DNA from: the human T2T-CHM13v2.0 reference genome, Homo sapiens
Assembly: GCF_009914755.1 (NCBI RefSeq)
Contig: NC_060935.1
Direction: 5' to 3' (one strand)
DNA: 64,000 bases
Below, piece after piece: positions 39,131-53,039 of the stretch (its first letter is position 1; the number at the start of each line of letters is the position of its first letter). The position numbers and the translations under genes are program-made. The notes under the pieces were generated by a model, which saw only the letters and a program-made list of their open reading frames with translations, did no database searches and had not been told where the DNA came from.

Positions 39131-40009
39131 CCAAGCCTTGGCTCTCTGTACTCTTCCCAAGATGCTCAGCACCAGGGACTTCCTCTCTCTCTTTCACAGC
39201 CTCTTATCTTGTCCTGCACCTCTGGTGACCAGCACCAGCACCTTGCAGAGAAGGAGACAGTTCAGAGAGGTCATGTGGCTCACCCAGGCCACACTGCAGC
39301 CCCAAACTGTGACCAGATCCGCTGCTACCTCCTTTCCCTTCTGAGCTCAGCCTCCTAAGCCATTACCGCAGCAGAAACCGGAGCTCCGACATGGTGCTTA
39401 GAGTGACTGTTTAATGCCCATAAAATCCAAGGAACTCAATAATCCCAAATAAGGTCTCCTATGCATTCCCCCAGGATCCCAGCCCAGAAGGCAGAACCCG
39501 GGACGGTCTTAGAAGGGGAAAAACACTACACTTCAATTTTTCTCAAGTCTCTCAGTGTAAGACAGCTATGATGGTATCTCTAGGTCCAAACAAAAGCATC
39601 TAATGGGATGCCTGCCAAACCCTGCTAGCTTCAGGCATTCTTGCAGACAATTCAAAATAACCACATAATGTGTAGGAAAATGATAAGCAGGGTTCAAGTT
39701 TAATGGGCAGAATGAAATCCACTGTTCTTAGTTATGGGAAGGGTTTTTGGAAAAGGAGCAACTCTCAGATCAGATGTTTGTACCATGAGAGCCTCTCTAC
39801 TTAATCACTTAATGACCAGGATTTTTTTAAGTTTCTAAAGAGATGTTTCTGGAAACCCAACAACCTCATCTCAACCAAGAATGAGCCCAGCCCAGCCAGG
39901 TGCAAGCTCCACTGTCCTCAGGGAGGCAGGGATGTCGGGACTGGTGGGGGTGGGGGGTTTCTGGCCTCCTCAGACTCAGACACCCCACAGCCTCTCAACA
40001 CTGAGACTA

Positions 40010-40550
40010 GCCTGGAATATCCAAATCCAGGTCCTAGTGCCACCCCTTCACCAAGAGGCGATTTTGGTCAGTTGCTTAATTTCTTCAGGTGTCAGTTTTC
40101 TTACCAGCTAAATGGGTGTAAGTGGGTTTAAATGTCAAATGAGAAATTGAGGTTTGTAAAAGGGCCAGGCATCCTTTGAAGCTTTAGGAAGTGTCCACTG
40201 TCCAGCATCTTTATCATCATCAAGGTCACCTCCTTCATTTGACAGATGTTGGGGCACAGGCTCAGCGGCATGTGATGGCTCAGGCAACATCTCAGGTCAT
40301 GGTGGAGATAAGGCAGCTCTGCATGCCAGGGTGGGGCTGCCTCCAGAACCCTCTGCTCTCCCACACTGCTCACCTGGTCTCAGCTCTGCCCCAGGTTTTT
40401 CACTTGTTTTGTCGTGACAACACACCCCAGAATATGGACCCGAGCATCACCTTATTCCACAGATGAGGAAACCAGAGTAAGGAAGTAAATAACGTCTCCA
40501 GAATCACACGGCTCACAAGGGACAGAGCAAGGATGGGAGCTGGGCATTTC
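40010..40550. mobile_element. Cluster of MIR fragments on both strands
   Basis: cagttttcttaccagctaaatggg; acagatgaggaaaccagag. Confidence 0.55.
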
Positions 40551-41169
40551 TCCTCCCTGCCCCTGACACACGTGGGTCAGCCCAGCTCCATCCAGAGAGG
40601 AGGAAGAGGCAAGGCTGGCCTCACCGGGGGCTGGAGCCAGCAGCCGAGCCCCCAGGAGGCACTCCTGGCCTGGAGGTCAGGCCCTGGCAGGCTTCATCCC
40701 CAGCTGCGAGGCTGCTCTGGGGCGAGCCTCTGCAGCTGACGTTTCACTGTCCCAGAGCAGGTGGTGCAGGTAGCTCTGTCTGCTTACCCGGCCATTGCCA
40801 ACTGTGGCCCGGCAGATGGGGTTCTAGGGAAGTGAGCAAGGCTCGGGCACTGGAGCAGCCAGGGTGGCACTTGGAGGGCTGCTCCAGGCCCTGCCAGCTT
40901 GTCATTCACTGGGGGCTCCCTTTTCTCCCAGGAAAAATGCCAAACTCCTCCCTGTGGCCTGTAGGGTCCTGCATGGGTGCCCCCATGCCTGCTTCCTCTC
41001 CCTCTTACTGCAGCCACACTGGGAGGCTTCCTTCAGTTCTCTAATGGATCAGTCTCCTTCCATCCACAGGGCCTTTGTGCCTGCTGTTTCTTCTGCCTGG
41101 AATTCCCATCGCCTCTTTGCCTCGCTAAGTCATTGTGTCCTTCCATTTGCAGCAACAACTTCCTTCTCT

Positions 41170-41610
41170 GGTATAGCAAGTCCAATAGTGGCCCCCCAAA
41201 AGACACGTTCAAGTCCTAGCTCCTTGTCCCTGTGAATATCACCTTATTTGGAAATAAGGTCTTTGCAGATGTCATTGAGGTAAGGACTACGAAATGAGAT
41301 AATCCGGGATTAGGGTGACCCCCTACATCCAATAATGGCTGCCCTTGTAAGGGACAGAAAAGAATAAGACTTGGAGAGACATGCGGGGAAGGCTGTGTGA
41401 TGCTGGAGGCAGATCAGACCCACATGTCTGCAAACCTGGACGGCCGAGGATTGCCGGCTACCCCCAGAAGTTGGAGCGTGGCCTGGAACAGAGCTTCTAG
41501 AAGGAACCCACCCTGCCGGCACCTTGATTTTGAGCTTCCAGTCTTCAGAACTGTTTAAACTGCCCAGTTTGTTGTGATTTGTTATGGCAGCCACAAGACA
41601 TGAACACACT
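41170..41610 (+). mobile_element. MLT1C-like solo LTR
   Basis: tgtgaatatcaccttatttggaaataaggtctttgcagatgt...tttgttatggcagccacaagac. Confidence 0.85.
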
Positions 41611-41619
41611 TGGAGACTG

Positions 41620-41735
41620 CCCTACAGTGACCAATCAGCCGGTTTTCCAGGATGAAGGGGGTTCTCTGAGATGTGGAACTCTCAGGGCTAAAACCAGGAT
41701 GGTCCCAGGCAGAGCGGAATGGTTGGTCCCCATAG
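41620..41735. mobile_element. MER94-like hAT-Blackjack element
   Basis: Terminal inverted-like ends gtgaccaatc...ggttggtccc; gctaaaaccaggatggtcccaggcaga. Confidence 0.55.
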
Positions 41736-42634
41736 CCTGCCCTTACCACTCCTTTCTGGCCACCAAGTTTATGATAGCCCCCATTTCACACACCCGCAGC
41801 TCTGTGGGCGTCTTTGTGGTGCTTGTGGTCGTTACAATTAATTAGCTCATTGCTTTCATAATTATTCACACTGTAGTGGTCCTCACTAGAAAGTGAGCTC
41901 CTCGAAGCAAGGCCCTTGCCTGTTCCTGTCCCCCCACTGCCTAGTATAGCACTGCAGAGCTCAGGTGCTCTGGGAAGCTTTACCAGAATGAAATAATGAG
42001 GAGACTGGATCTCCTGGATGCCAAGGGGCAGACACAGGGTGGAGGAGGATGCCCCAAGGCATACAGTTGGTGCTCAGCTGTGGGAAATGTTTCACAGTAT
42101 GGGGAGCTGGCCGAAGATGATCAAGCTGTGAGGGAGGTGGTGAGCGCCACGTCCCTGAAAGCATTTCAGTAGAGGCTGGGAGATGTCACGTGGCACAGCC
42201 CATGCTGGGGAGAGCTGCAACAAATGCTCTCTGAAGTCCCCCTCAGATCCCAGGATTATGTAAGAGTCCCACTCTGAATGCTGAAAACAGGGGAGGACAA
42301 TTGGCCTGGGGCAGGGAGCACAGTGCAGGGGGTCATGGGGAGGGCTGGGTGTCCAGAGAGGACAGAGTGAGGATGCCAAATGGTGACAGTGGGTTCAAAG
42401 GCATCACTGCTGGGAGGGGCCAAAGACGGGAAGCTGAATAATAGTTCAAGCTGGACCCACTGTGAAGGTGAAAAACCAGCAGCAGAGGGTAAACTCACTT
42501 GTCCTTTACCCTGGAAATTGGATCTGGGGTCCTTACCTCACTTTTGCAGAGCTCCTCATAGTTCCCAAAGTACTTTTATGCACTGTCCTAGGCAAAGGAA
42601 ACTTGTTCATTTTCCATGTAAAAATCCCAGGGTA

Positions 42635-42932
42635 GGCCTGGCCCGGTGGCTTACGCCTGTAATCCCAGCACATTGGGAGGCTGAGGCAGGTGGATCACCT
42701 GAGATCAGGAGTTCGAGATCAGCCTGGCCAATGTGGTGAAACCCCATCTATACTAAAAATACAAAAATCAGCCAGGTGTGGTGGCACACACCTCTAATCC
42801 CAGCTACTCCGTAGGCTGAACAGGAGAATCACTTGAACCCAGGAGGCAGAGGTTGCAGTGAGCCAAGATCGCACCACTGCACTCCAGCTTGGGCGACAGA
42901 GCAAGACTCTGTCTCGAAAAAAAAAAAAAAAA
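42635..42932 (+). mobile_element. AluSx-like
   Basis: Full length; TSD aaaaatccYaggRt. Confidence 0.95.
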
Positions 42933-44135
42933 TCCTAGGATGCACGAATGAGGATGGGTGCGCCCGGTTTCAGACACAGGCTTCTCACGTTTTGCCGCTC
43001 TGTGTTGCGAAGTCTCCATGCTCAAAGCCACTTCATGGCTTCATGATCCCAAATGGCTGCTGTGGCTCCGGCCATCACAGCCCTGCCTCAGCCAGAAGGC
43101 ACTGGGAGAGGAAAGGGGAAGAGAATGCCCCTTTCTTTAGGATACTTCCTGGAAGCTGCACTCTCCTGTGCCATTAAAATGAACTGTAAGTGAAATAATA
43201 GGGAATTCTGGAAAATTTAGGTGGCCTTTTGTCATTTAATGTATTAATTAATCCCACCATCAATTTCGCACTACTGGCCTCTCTGCAATACCGATTCATC
43301 TTAGGAATTTCTCACTGCAGCCCTCCCAGGCAGGTCCCAGCAAGCCTACTTTACAGATGAGGAAACAGAGGCTAAGGAAGAGCTGACTTGCCTGTGGCCC
43401 CCACCGGGGGACGTGGCCCCCACTCGGGGACATGGCCAGACTGAAGGCTGAGCCCAGGGCTGGCGGATGCAGACCCCAGCTCCACCCCGCCCATTGCTTT
43501 GTGATGTCCTCCCGCATCCAGGCCACCCAATGAGTCATGGCCCCTTTGTACTTCCTCTTCCCTTCCGTGAATCACACTGTCCCCCGCCCCTGGGGCAGTG
43601 GTTCAGTCCATCCCAGATTGTCCCTTAGAGGAAACACCCAGGGATGGGAACAGCAACTGAGCCTACAGAGACCCCCATGATGGCTCCGACCTGAGGAGAA
43701 GGGCCCCCAGCAATAGACCACCCCTCAAGAGATGGCCACCAGGGAAGACCGCTTTTCCAGAGAGGCACAAGGGACTGTCCTATGCCTGCACCAAGGGGAT
43801 CAGGCAGCTGGCCCCACAGGGAACTTGCACGGGGCCCTCTCTGGGCAGCCTCCTCAGCAGATAGCTACTCCTGGTGGGCAAGGAGAGTCCTCTGCTTGGT
43901 TCCCAACAGGGCCCAAGTTCAAGCCCCAGGGGCTCAGCACAACAGCCCCTCCAATGGAAACCCATCATCCCCTCCTCTACGTAATGAGCTCTGTCCAGGG
44001 TGCATGGTAAGTGGCAAGCCCTGAGCCTGATGGTCTTACTCTCGCTTGCCCTGCCCGGGTTGTGCATTCCCTAAACACCACAAAACCCCAGGGACACCTT
44101 CCATCCCTGAGCCCTGCTCTGCTCTGAGACACTCA

Positions 44136-44620
<485 letters not shown>

Positions 44621-46391
44621 CTATACATTGCACCAAAAAAAAAAAAAAAAAAAAAAAAACCCCACAAGGCTCTTCTGACACCTGATCTGGTTCTGCAAAA
44701 TCCTCCAGGTCCTGGGATCTGGGTCCTTTGCTTCCCCAGTGCAGGCAGCACCCCCCGCTGCGTGCATGAAAAATGCACTAAAAGCCCATCAGACCCTTGG
44801 AACTCCATCCAAATGGGGGGCCTGAAGCCTGGGCAGCACGCACACTCCCACTGCCTGGCCAACAAGGACACAGAATTAATCGTTTCTCACAAAGTCAAAG
44901 GCAAAGAGGCCTCTGCAAGCGATAGGTTGGCTCTGTGACCAAATAAGGCAATATTACATTTCACTGTTTATAGCAGACCCTGGACAGGGCAGCTTGGAAG
45001 GCACTGGGAAGAAATGCAGTTCTCACTGGGGCTCCATTCCCAACATCCAATAACTCTGTCCAAGGCCAGTTATAATTTCTTTACAGAAACAACCATGTGT
45101 CACTTTTTAAATACACACTAAAACCCGAGAGGTGACCCAGTCTCAGCCCCAGGCCGTCGGTTCCCTTGAGTGGCAGCACCTGGCTTTGAACTTCCACATT
45201 CATGATTTAAAGGTGGGGAGAGCCCCTGAAAATTTATTTCAGGGCTTGAGTGAAAACAGAGGCATTTCTTAAAGGGCAAATTTCAGAGCTCCATTTGTGA
45301 GGTGCCTTTTTCTCCCCTGAGAATTTATTGCAAACTTTCTTTTGCAAATAAGACCTGTTGCTGCTGCAGCTAATAGCCTTGGGCAACATTTCTGTCCCGA
45401 CAGTATTTATAAAATGAGAGACACAGTTGGCAGGGTGGAGTTTTAGTAATTGGTATTAATAATAAGACAAGTGTAAATGTTTAAAACCCATTAGGAGGCT
45501 TTAAATGCTAAACAAAGCTTCAACTTGCTGGCATTTGCACCCTGGATGGGGCCTAGCCTAACCTCCAGCTAAGAAAATTCTAAGGGGATTTCTAGCAGCT
45601 CCAGCAAAACTCTGTACTGTCTGCATAGACCACATTTACAGAGCCGCGGTGAGGGCATAGATTTACAAAATGGAACAGCATCAATCTTACCTTCAAAATA
45701 GGATTTTTACCTGTCCGGTGAGACCCCGGGCACTTCCTCAGGCACTGCATGAGGTTGGGAACTGCGTCTACTTTGATCCCTTCTCTCCATACCCGGACAC
45801 CCTTTCCAGAACCCGTGGGTGCTCAGCAGAGGTTTTCTCTGAAAAGGAGAATGGACGAATGAGGGAATGAGTGAAATGTATTATTGCATCTTTTGCCAAT
45901 GACAGCTTCTAATTTACCTTCCTCGAATCTCTGAGGTCATGTAGGATGGATCCGCAGTGGCTGAGGTAGCCAAGCAGAATAAAATTCTTGAGCCCAGAGT
46001 GGACCTCTGGGGAGGCCAGGAGCAAATGTGTCCTCAGCTGTTCTGCCTGCTACCCCCTGGCAGTCACCCTTCCAGCTGAGAGCTGCCCCCAGCCCCTGGA
46101 GGGGTCTCCCACCTCCTCTCTCACGGCCCCACCAGATGTGCACAGCTTCCCCACCAGGTGAGCAGCATGTGTGCAGGGTGACCGTGCTGTCACCGCCGTC
46201 ACTGCTGCTAGGGCTCTGCCATCCCTGAGTCTGTGATGATGGTGACTGTCAGGCAGAACAAGTGGCCCATGGGGACAATGAAGGGCACAGCCCCTTGGCC
46301 ACACCTAGCTACTGCTGCCTTAAACCCACCGCCCGAAAGAAGGGCAATGTACCTTCCCAGATGACCAATAATACCAGGGACCCAGTGTGAC

Positions 46392-46681
<290 letters not shown>

Positions 46682-46879
46682 CCCAGTGTGACTTCTTAAA
46701 GGAGCACATCACTGGACGTGAGACCCACCCGGGGCAAGCCTCTGGCCTGCACAGACCTTGGGCATCATCATTCATCCAACAGAAATTCACCCAGTACCGG
46801 CCACGTGCTGACCATCAGCAAGCAAACCAGGCCAGGATTCCTGGCCTGCTGGACACAACCCCATGACATGAAAATCAGC

Positions 46880-47075
46880 CAACATTTTTTGAGCACCTAC
46901 TGTGTGCTGGGACCCCATGCTCAGCATTCTACTCTCGTTACCTCATTTAATCCTCAAGACAGCCCTGCAAAGCAGGTGCAGCTGTGACCCCCGTGTATCC
47001 GTTGAGGAAACAGAGACCCCAAGGAAAGAAAGAACTTGCCCTGACGTGTTTTCTTCCTCGCTCCTAACCAGCTCT
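46880..47075 (-). mobile_element. MIR
   Basis: ttgagcacctactgtgtgctgg..ctcatttaatcctcaagacagccctg. Confidence 0.8.
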
Positions 47076-48067
47076 GCTGCTACACACAGCCCCTCCCGGG
47101 GCCCTACCCCAGGCCCCTCCCCAGGCCCCTCCCCAGGCCCTGCCACGCTGCTTCATGAGATGGAGATACACAGCTCCTCAGGGCAGGGTTGGTGAGAATA
47201 TCCAAAAAAAAAGGAGGTTAAGCACCTGACACTGCTTGGGAAACAAAGGAGGCACTCAGGGTGGCCCCGCAATGGAAGTCGCTGCTCAGGGGGTTAATGC
47301 AGGCTGTGAAACAGGGCCACCTGCAACCGTGGCTTTTCAAAGCTGAAGCCATACCCTGGAGGGAGAGAGGATCCTTGGGCACTGACCCTGGCTGTCCACA
47401 GCTAAATGATCATGGGACACCCATGACCATGGGCGTGGCTGGAGGAGGCCCTGCCCTCAGGGGTCTATTGGCATCCAGGGGAAGTGTCTACGGGGTAATG
47501 ATTAACCCACACCTGCCACCTGGTTTTCAGCCTTCTTGCCCTGCTGACTCATTTTGCAAATCCCACTTGCAAAATTTGGGAGCAGCCTGGGTCCAGCCCC
47601 CGCCACGCCACCTCACCTGAGATTCCAGCAGTGGAGGTGCTGCGTCGCCGGGTGGGGTGGCCCTGGCATTCGGACCTGCCACTGGGAAACCCGAGGCCGG
47701 CATGTGGGAGGCGAGTGGGATGGAGGAAAGAGCGATGGAAGAGCTGGCGATGGAGGAGACAGCGCTGGACCCTCTGCTGGCAGGTAAGGATGGGGTTGGG
47801 GCGTTGGGGTGAGAGGCAGGGGACAAGGAGAGCATCACTTGCTGTCAACCCTGCCTAGGCAGAACACCCAGCCTGCCCCCTGGGACCCTGCAGAGAGCAT
47901 GGGGAGGACCCAGAGAGCAGACTTCTAAGCAGTGTCCCACCCTGCCCAGTTGATTGAGGGCAAGAGAGGTGCCCCCAAGGTGGGCAGGGCCTGACAGTGG
48001 GTGAGTTGATGCAAGCACCTTCTAGGGTGGCAAACAACCCCTCCTGAGAACAATGATCACAAACCCT

Positions 48068-48282
48068 AGAGCTGCTCAGCCTCAGTACTGGTGACCCTGC
48101 AGGGGGACAATTCTTCATCTTAGGGGTGTTCTGGGCACTGGGAAATGTTTACAGCATCCCTGGCCTCCACGCAGTAGAGGCCAGTGCACCCCTACCCTCT
48201 GTTGTGACAACCTAAAAATGTCTCCAGACATTGCCCAATGTCCCCTGAGGGCACAGTCCACCAGCTCCCTGGAGAATCACAC
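48068..48282 (+). mobile_element. MER20 (hAT-Charlie)
   Basis: gttgtgacaacctaaaaatgtctccagacattgcccaatgtcccctg. Confidence 0.85.
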
Positions 48283-48287
48283 GCTGT

Positions 48288-48471
48288 CTGTATCGCACGT
48301 TAGCTAGCATCAGGCTCCGAGCGCCCGTATCGCACGTTAGCTAGCATCAGGTTCCGAGCGCCTGTATTGCACGTTAGCTAGCATCAGGCTCCAAGCGCCT
48401 GTATCGCACATTAGCTAGCATCAGGCTCTGAGCGCCGGTATCGCACGTTAGCTAGCATCAGGCTCTGAGCG
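48288..48471 (+). repeat. 37-bp CpG-rich minisatellite, 5 copies
   Basis: Unit gtatcgcacgttagctagcatcaggctccgagcgccY, starting at 48290, 48327, 48364, 48401, 48438. Confidence 0.97.
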
Positions 48472-48534
48472 TAGCCTTCAGCCATGATGCACCTGAGCTT
48501 CATCAGGTCCTAGGAGGTTGGTCCGATGCTGGTG

Positions 48535-49030
48535 GTGACTCAAGGCTTTGGGGCCAGGCCCCCGCATTCCATCTCAGACTTCTTCTTCATGAGCTGGGCC
48601 ACCCAGAGCCAGTTGCCTGGCCTGTCTCTGCCTTAGTTTACCCATCAGTAAGCGGGGCTGATAATGCCATCCACCCCAGAGGACTCTGGAGTAGGGAAAG
48701 TGCATAAATGAAAACATGTCAAAGGCTCTGAGCACAGGGCCTGGCACCTGCTAAATGCTGTCACGGCCCCCGTTTACACAAGAGTAAAGCTGAGGCCTGG
48801 AGAAATCCAGTCACCTGCCCGAGGGCCACACAACTGGTCCGGTGAGGGCTGTGAGTAACCCTGGATGTCCCTCTGCAGAGTCTTCTGTGCAGAGAAAGGA
48901 GACATTGAAAAGAGGGGCTGAGAATTCAGAGTCCTAGCCCGAGGCCTGCCCTGTTCTACCTGTGTGGCCTTGGGTAGTTCACTCCCCTCTCTGGGCCTGG
49001 GTCCCTGTTGGATGAGAGATTCCATTTTCA
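48535..49030. mobile_element. MIR fragments
   Basis: ctctgccttagtttacccatcagtaa; tgtgtggccttgggtagttcactcccctctctgggcct. Confidence 0.6.
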
Positions 49031-50767
49031 GCAACACTCATGGAGTGGCTGCTGGGCCTGCTGTGTCTCGCATTGATCTTGTCTTACAGGGACTCCTGCT
49101 CAGTGGAGGTGGGGTGTCTGAGGGCCTTCCTGGCATCAGGGGTGGGCAGGGAGACTTTGGGGTCCACTATATCTATCCGACCAGCCCCATCCTTCATCCC
49201 AAGGTTTATCGAGTGAATGAATGAATGGATGAGCAAGTGAGGAAGCTGACCACCTTCCCCTGGCCCTGTGGGAACTCGGGAACACTGGCTGGAACGTCCT
49301 CTCCTGTAGTACAAAGCAGGAGGAGGAGGCCATTCTTGGTGCCTCCCTGAGAGAGGCCTGAGCCAGGGGTGGTGGTGGGTGGGGAGCTGCCTTCCCAGAG
49401 ACCCCTTGGGCCAAAGCAGGAACGACCCCCAGGGATGACCCTCTGCCTCTGGGGCCCTCTGGCCTCCTTTGGAAGCAAGTTCCAAAGGCAGAGGCAGACA
49501 GGGTGAGCATTTGCAAAAATGAGCAAATTCGCTGGAAAAGAACGGATTTTTATTTTTGGTTTGTTCTCGACGTGTCGGAGAGTCAAGACAGAGGGAGGAG
49601 GAATGTGAATTAAGCAATAAAATGTTTACCAAGGAGCCCTCGAATGACTCCGGCGTGCTGCCAAAGTTCTGTGATCCCTGAACTGAGATTGTTCGAGGAC
49701 CCGTTTCTTCCTCGGTGGCCCCCGATGGCCCTGCTGAGATGCAGGGATGCGGTGGCATCGCTCTGTCATTCCTCAGGCAGGGTCCCTTCCCAGCTGGTCT
49801 GAGCCACTCACACCTAGAGGGCACGAGCACTTGGACCTCCAAGGGCAGAGGGGGCTCAGAGGCCAGCCTCCACCTCTCTTTCGTGGACAGGATTTCTGTC
49901 CAGGAGCAGCAGGGAATGGTACTCCTATGCCAACTACACAGCCCGCGGACTTTGGACCTAGCCTTCAGTATGTGCTGGCAGCACAGGGTTGTCCCTTGAG
50001 GGAGCCCTGGCAGGACCCTTTGTTGCACTGTTGGAAGCTGCACCCTCCAGTCTTCACTCCTTTGTCACTAACCTCTAGGTTCTCAGAGCCTGGATTACAG
50101 CTCCAGCCTCTCCAGAGAGGAGCAGTTAGATATGTGGCAGTCAGTCACACTCTAGTGTAAATGAAGCCAGCCGTGGTCTTTCTTGGTGGCTGCTGCCTGA
50201 ATGGAAGTGGGATCCCCTTCAGGATGTTAGACAGCCACGGGACTGCAAGGGCTGCAGGGCCACGGGAGGGTCCCTCATAGGGGCCGGGGTGCACAGCTGC
50301 CGGTGGAAAGCCGTGCCCCTTCTCCTGCTGTCCCCAAAGCCCCAGGGAATCTCCTTCGGAGCCATGGGTAGCCTTCCTCCTAGGGCAGAGGCTGAGAAGG
50401 GTGGTAGGAGAACTACATGATCTGGTCTGAGGTGTGGCTGGATCCTGGTGCTGAGACTGACCTGGGGCAAATCTGGGGAGTCTCTCTGCACTCAGCTCTC
50501 TCTTCTGGAAAAATGGGAATGAGACTCCTGGAAGGACTGGAGTCAAGCGGCTGTGCTTTCTCTGGTGATGTTCACGGTCTGACGCTGGAGATGGAAGAGG
50601 CTTCTATCTCTGGCTACTGCCCCCGTCTCTCTTTAGACTAGGAACCTGAGCATCCAGCTCTCCTGGGAAAGTGCATCTCTCCTGCCAAGAGAAGTTGTGA
50701 AATGCGGCTGCCGGGTCGCAGGGTAAAGAGAAAGAGGCAGTCTGGGAGCCTCAAGAGACCCGGATGC

Positions 50768-51073
<306 letters not shown>

Positions 51074-51759
51074 AGAGAGACCTGGATGCAGGAGCATGGC
51101 CAGGATGAACTGTGTCCCTCCCCATCAATCAGAAAGGGGGTTCCCCGGTGTGAGAGGGGAATTGCCATGCAATTGCAGGGGTGAGGGTGACGTGTTCTCA
51201 GAGCTTCAGAGAGAATCCCTGCTAACAGGAAATGCAGACAAACAGGAAGAGAGGAAGGGGAGGGCAAAGGAGGGAAGGCTGGGGGAAGTTCTTTCTCCCG
51301 AGGAGACCCCAAAGAGGTGAGGCTCCACATCAGAAGCCCGAGCAGAACCCCGCGGCCACAGTGCGCACGGCTGCAGAGAGCCCAGGCACTGTGCTTCGGT
51401 CCCAGCCCCAGCCTTGGCCTCAAGGGAAGGGTTTTCTCAGACCCACGGGGAACAGCAGCCCCCGGAGCCCAGAGCTGAGCTGACAGCACCGTGGTGTTCA
51501 CTTTCCAAGTGCCACCAGCCCCATCGATCAGTCCTCCTGGGAATGTCATGTTAGGAAAAGTTCGTGAACTGTGGTCCCGACCAGCACGCGGGAGGCAGGG
51601 GCTGTTTGCTTTAGCAACAACTTCACACAGGTCTGAAGCGAAATGTTTACATAAGGGGAACTCTGTGACCTCGGGAAGGTCACTCCCCTTCTCTGGGGCT
51701 GTTTTTTCATGTCTGTCATGATAAGGGAGGAGTTCAAATGTGGCCTCGCAGGGAGTGGG

Positions 51760-52230
51760 GACCCAGGGAAGGCCTCCATTGATTCTGCAGTGAGAGGCAG
51801 AAATGCCACCTTTAAAAGGGTGGAAGTTAATTTCTCTAACAGAAAACAAGTCAAGAGGTGGGCATTCCAGGATCCCAAGGCTGGTAGGGGCCTCATGCAG
51901 TCATCGGACACCCTGTGTTCTCTCAGGCCGCCCTCCCATGCTCAGCACGGATATCCACCTTGTGGCCCAAGATGGCTGCTTGGGCTCAAGTCATCACATA
52001 TGCGTTCCAGCCAGCAGGAAACAGAAAGGGCAAAGAGAGGCACTCTCCCTTCTTGGAAGCTGCCCCCTGGCCTGAACTTAGTCCATGGCCACACCTGGCT
52101 GCAGAGAACAGGACATGCAGTTTTTGTTCTGGGTTGTCACATGTCAGGTAAAAACTAGGCAATCTCTTACTGAGAAAAAGGCCAAGAATAAATATTGGGG
52201 GTGGGGAGGAGAACTGTCAGTCTGTGACAC
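51760..52230 (-). mobile_element. MLT1J/K-like LTR
   Basis: ccaagatggctgct..catcacatatgcgttccagccagcaggaa..catggccacacctggctgcag. Confidence 0.65.
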
Positions 52231-52540
52231 AGGTTCAGGACAGAATTCCTAGTCCCTGTGCTGGGGGGGCACCAACTAGCTGGAGACCTGGGGTTTCACT
52301 TCTTCCCTCTGAGTCTCAGTTTCCTCATCTGTAAAAGGGGAGAGTTGGTCCCCATGGTCTCTGGGTCCTCTCCAGCCTAGACCACGTGTGATTCTATGTT
52401 CCACACAATTTGCCTCATGGAGCTTTCTAGATTTGAAGCTCTGCTAGGACAGAGAGTTTTGTGTGTTCTGTTCTCTGCTGTATCCTAGAACTGTGCCTGG
52501 CACGTGGTCTGTGTGTTTGCTGAGCAGCTGAATGATGGCT
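52230..52540 (+). mobile_element. MIR3 and L2 3' end fragments
   Basis: gagtctcagtttcctcatctgtaaaagg; cctagaactgtgcctggcacgtgg. Confidence 0.6.
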
Positions 52541-53039
52541 GGTGTTTTAACAGGTTGAATTTGTATAGAGGCCACTTGCTTTTGCTCTCTTCTTTAAAAA
52601 AGAGAAACTTCTAAAAAGTTTCTAAGAAAAAAACTTTTCATTTTTTCTTTTTCTTTTTACTCCTCCTCCTCCTCCCTTCCTTCTTGTTTGTTTTGTTTTT
52701 GTTTTTTAGATACTCAGACTTTTCCTCACTGGCTGCCTCCCTGTCTTCCTTCCCAGACCATGGACTGGGGCTGTCGGAGGAGGCCAAGTGAGAGAATCAA
52801 AGCTCACCCTCACTTTCAGAGCTCCAGGCCCGGGGAGGCCTGTGGCTAATGCTGGATGAGCTTTGACACCCAGTAGGGGTGTCCTCCCCGTGTGTTTATG
52901 TAACTCTCACCTTCACGACTGCCGGAAAGGTGACTCTTATCCCATCCTTACCTACTTTGCAGAGAACAAAACAGACACTGACTGCTTCAGTCTGTGAGAT
53001 GACAGAAATGACTCCCATTGCAAAGAAAAGTGAAAGCGA

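Noticed and set aside
41242-41251. CArG box CCTTATTTGG
   Set aside because: Part of the ordinary MLT1 LTR sequence; no independent support.
48288-48471. 37-bp repeat resembling CRISPR repeat length
   Set aside because: Head-to-tail units without spacers; no cas genes.
49084-50043. 319-aa ORF on -
   Set aside because: No recognisable homology or splice structure; expected by chance in GC-rich DNA.
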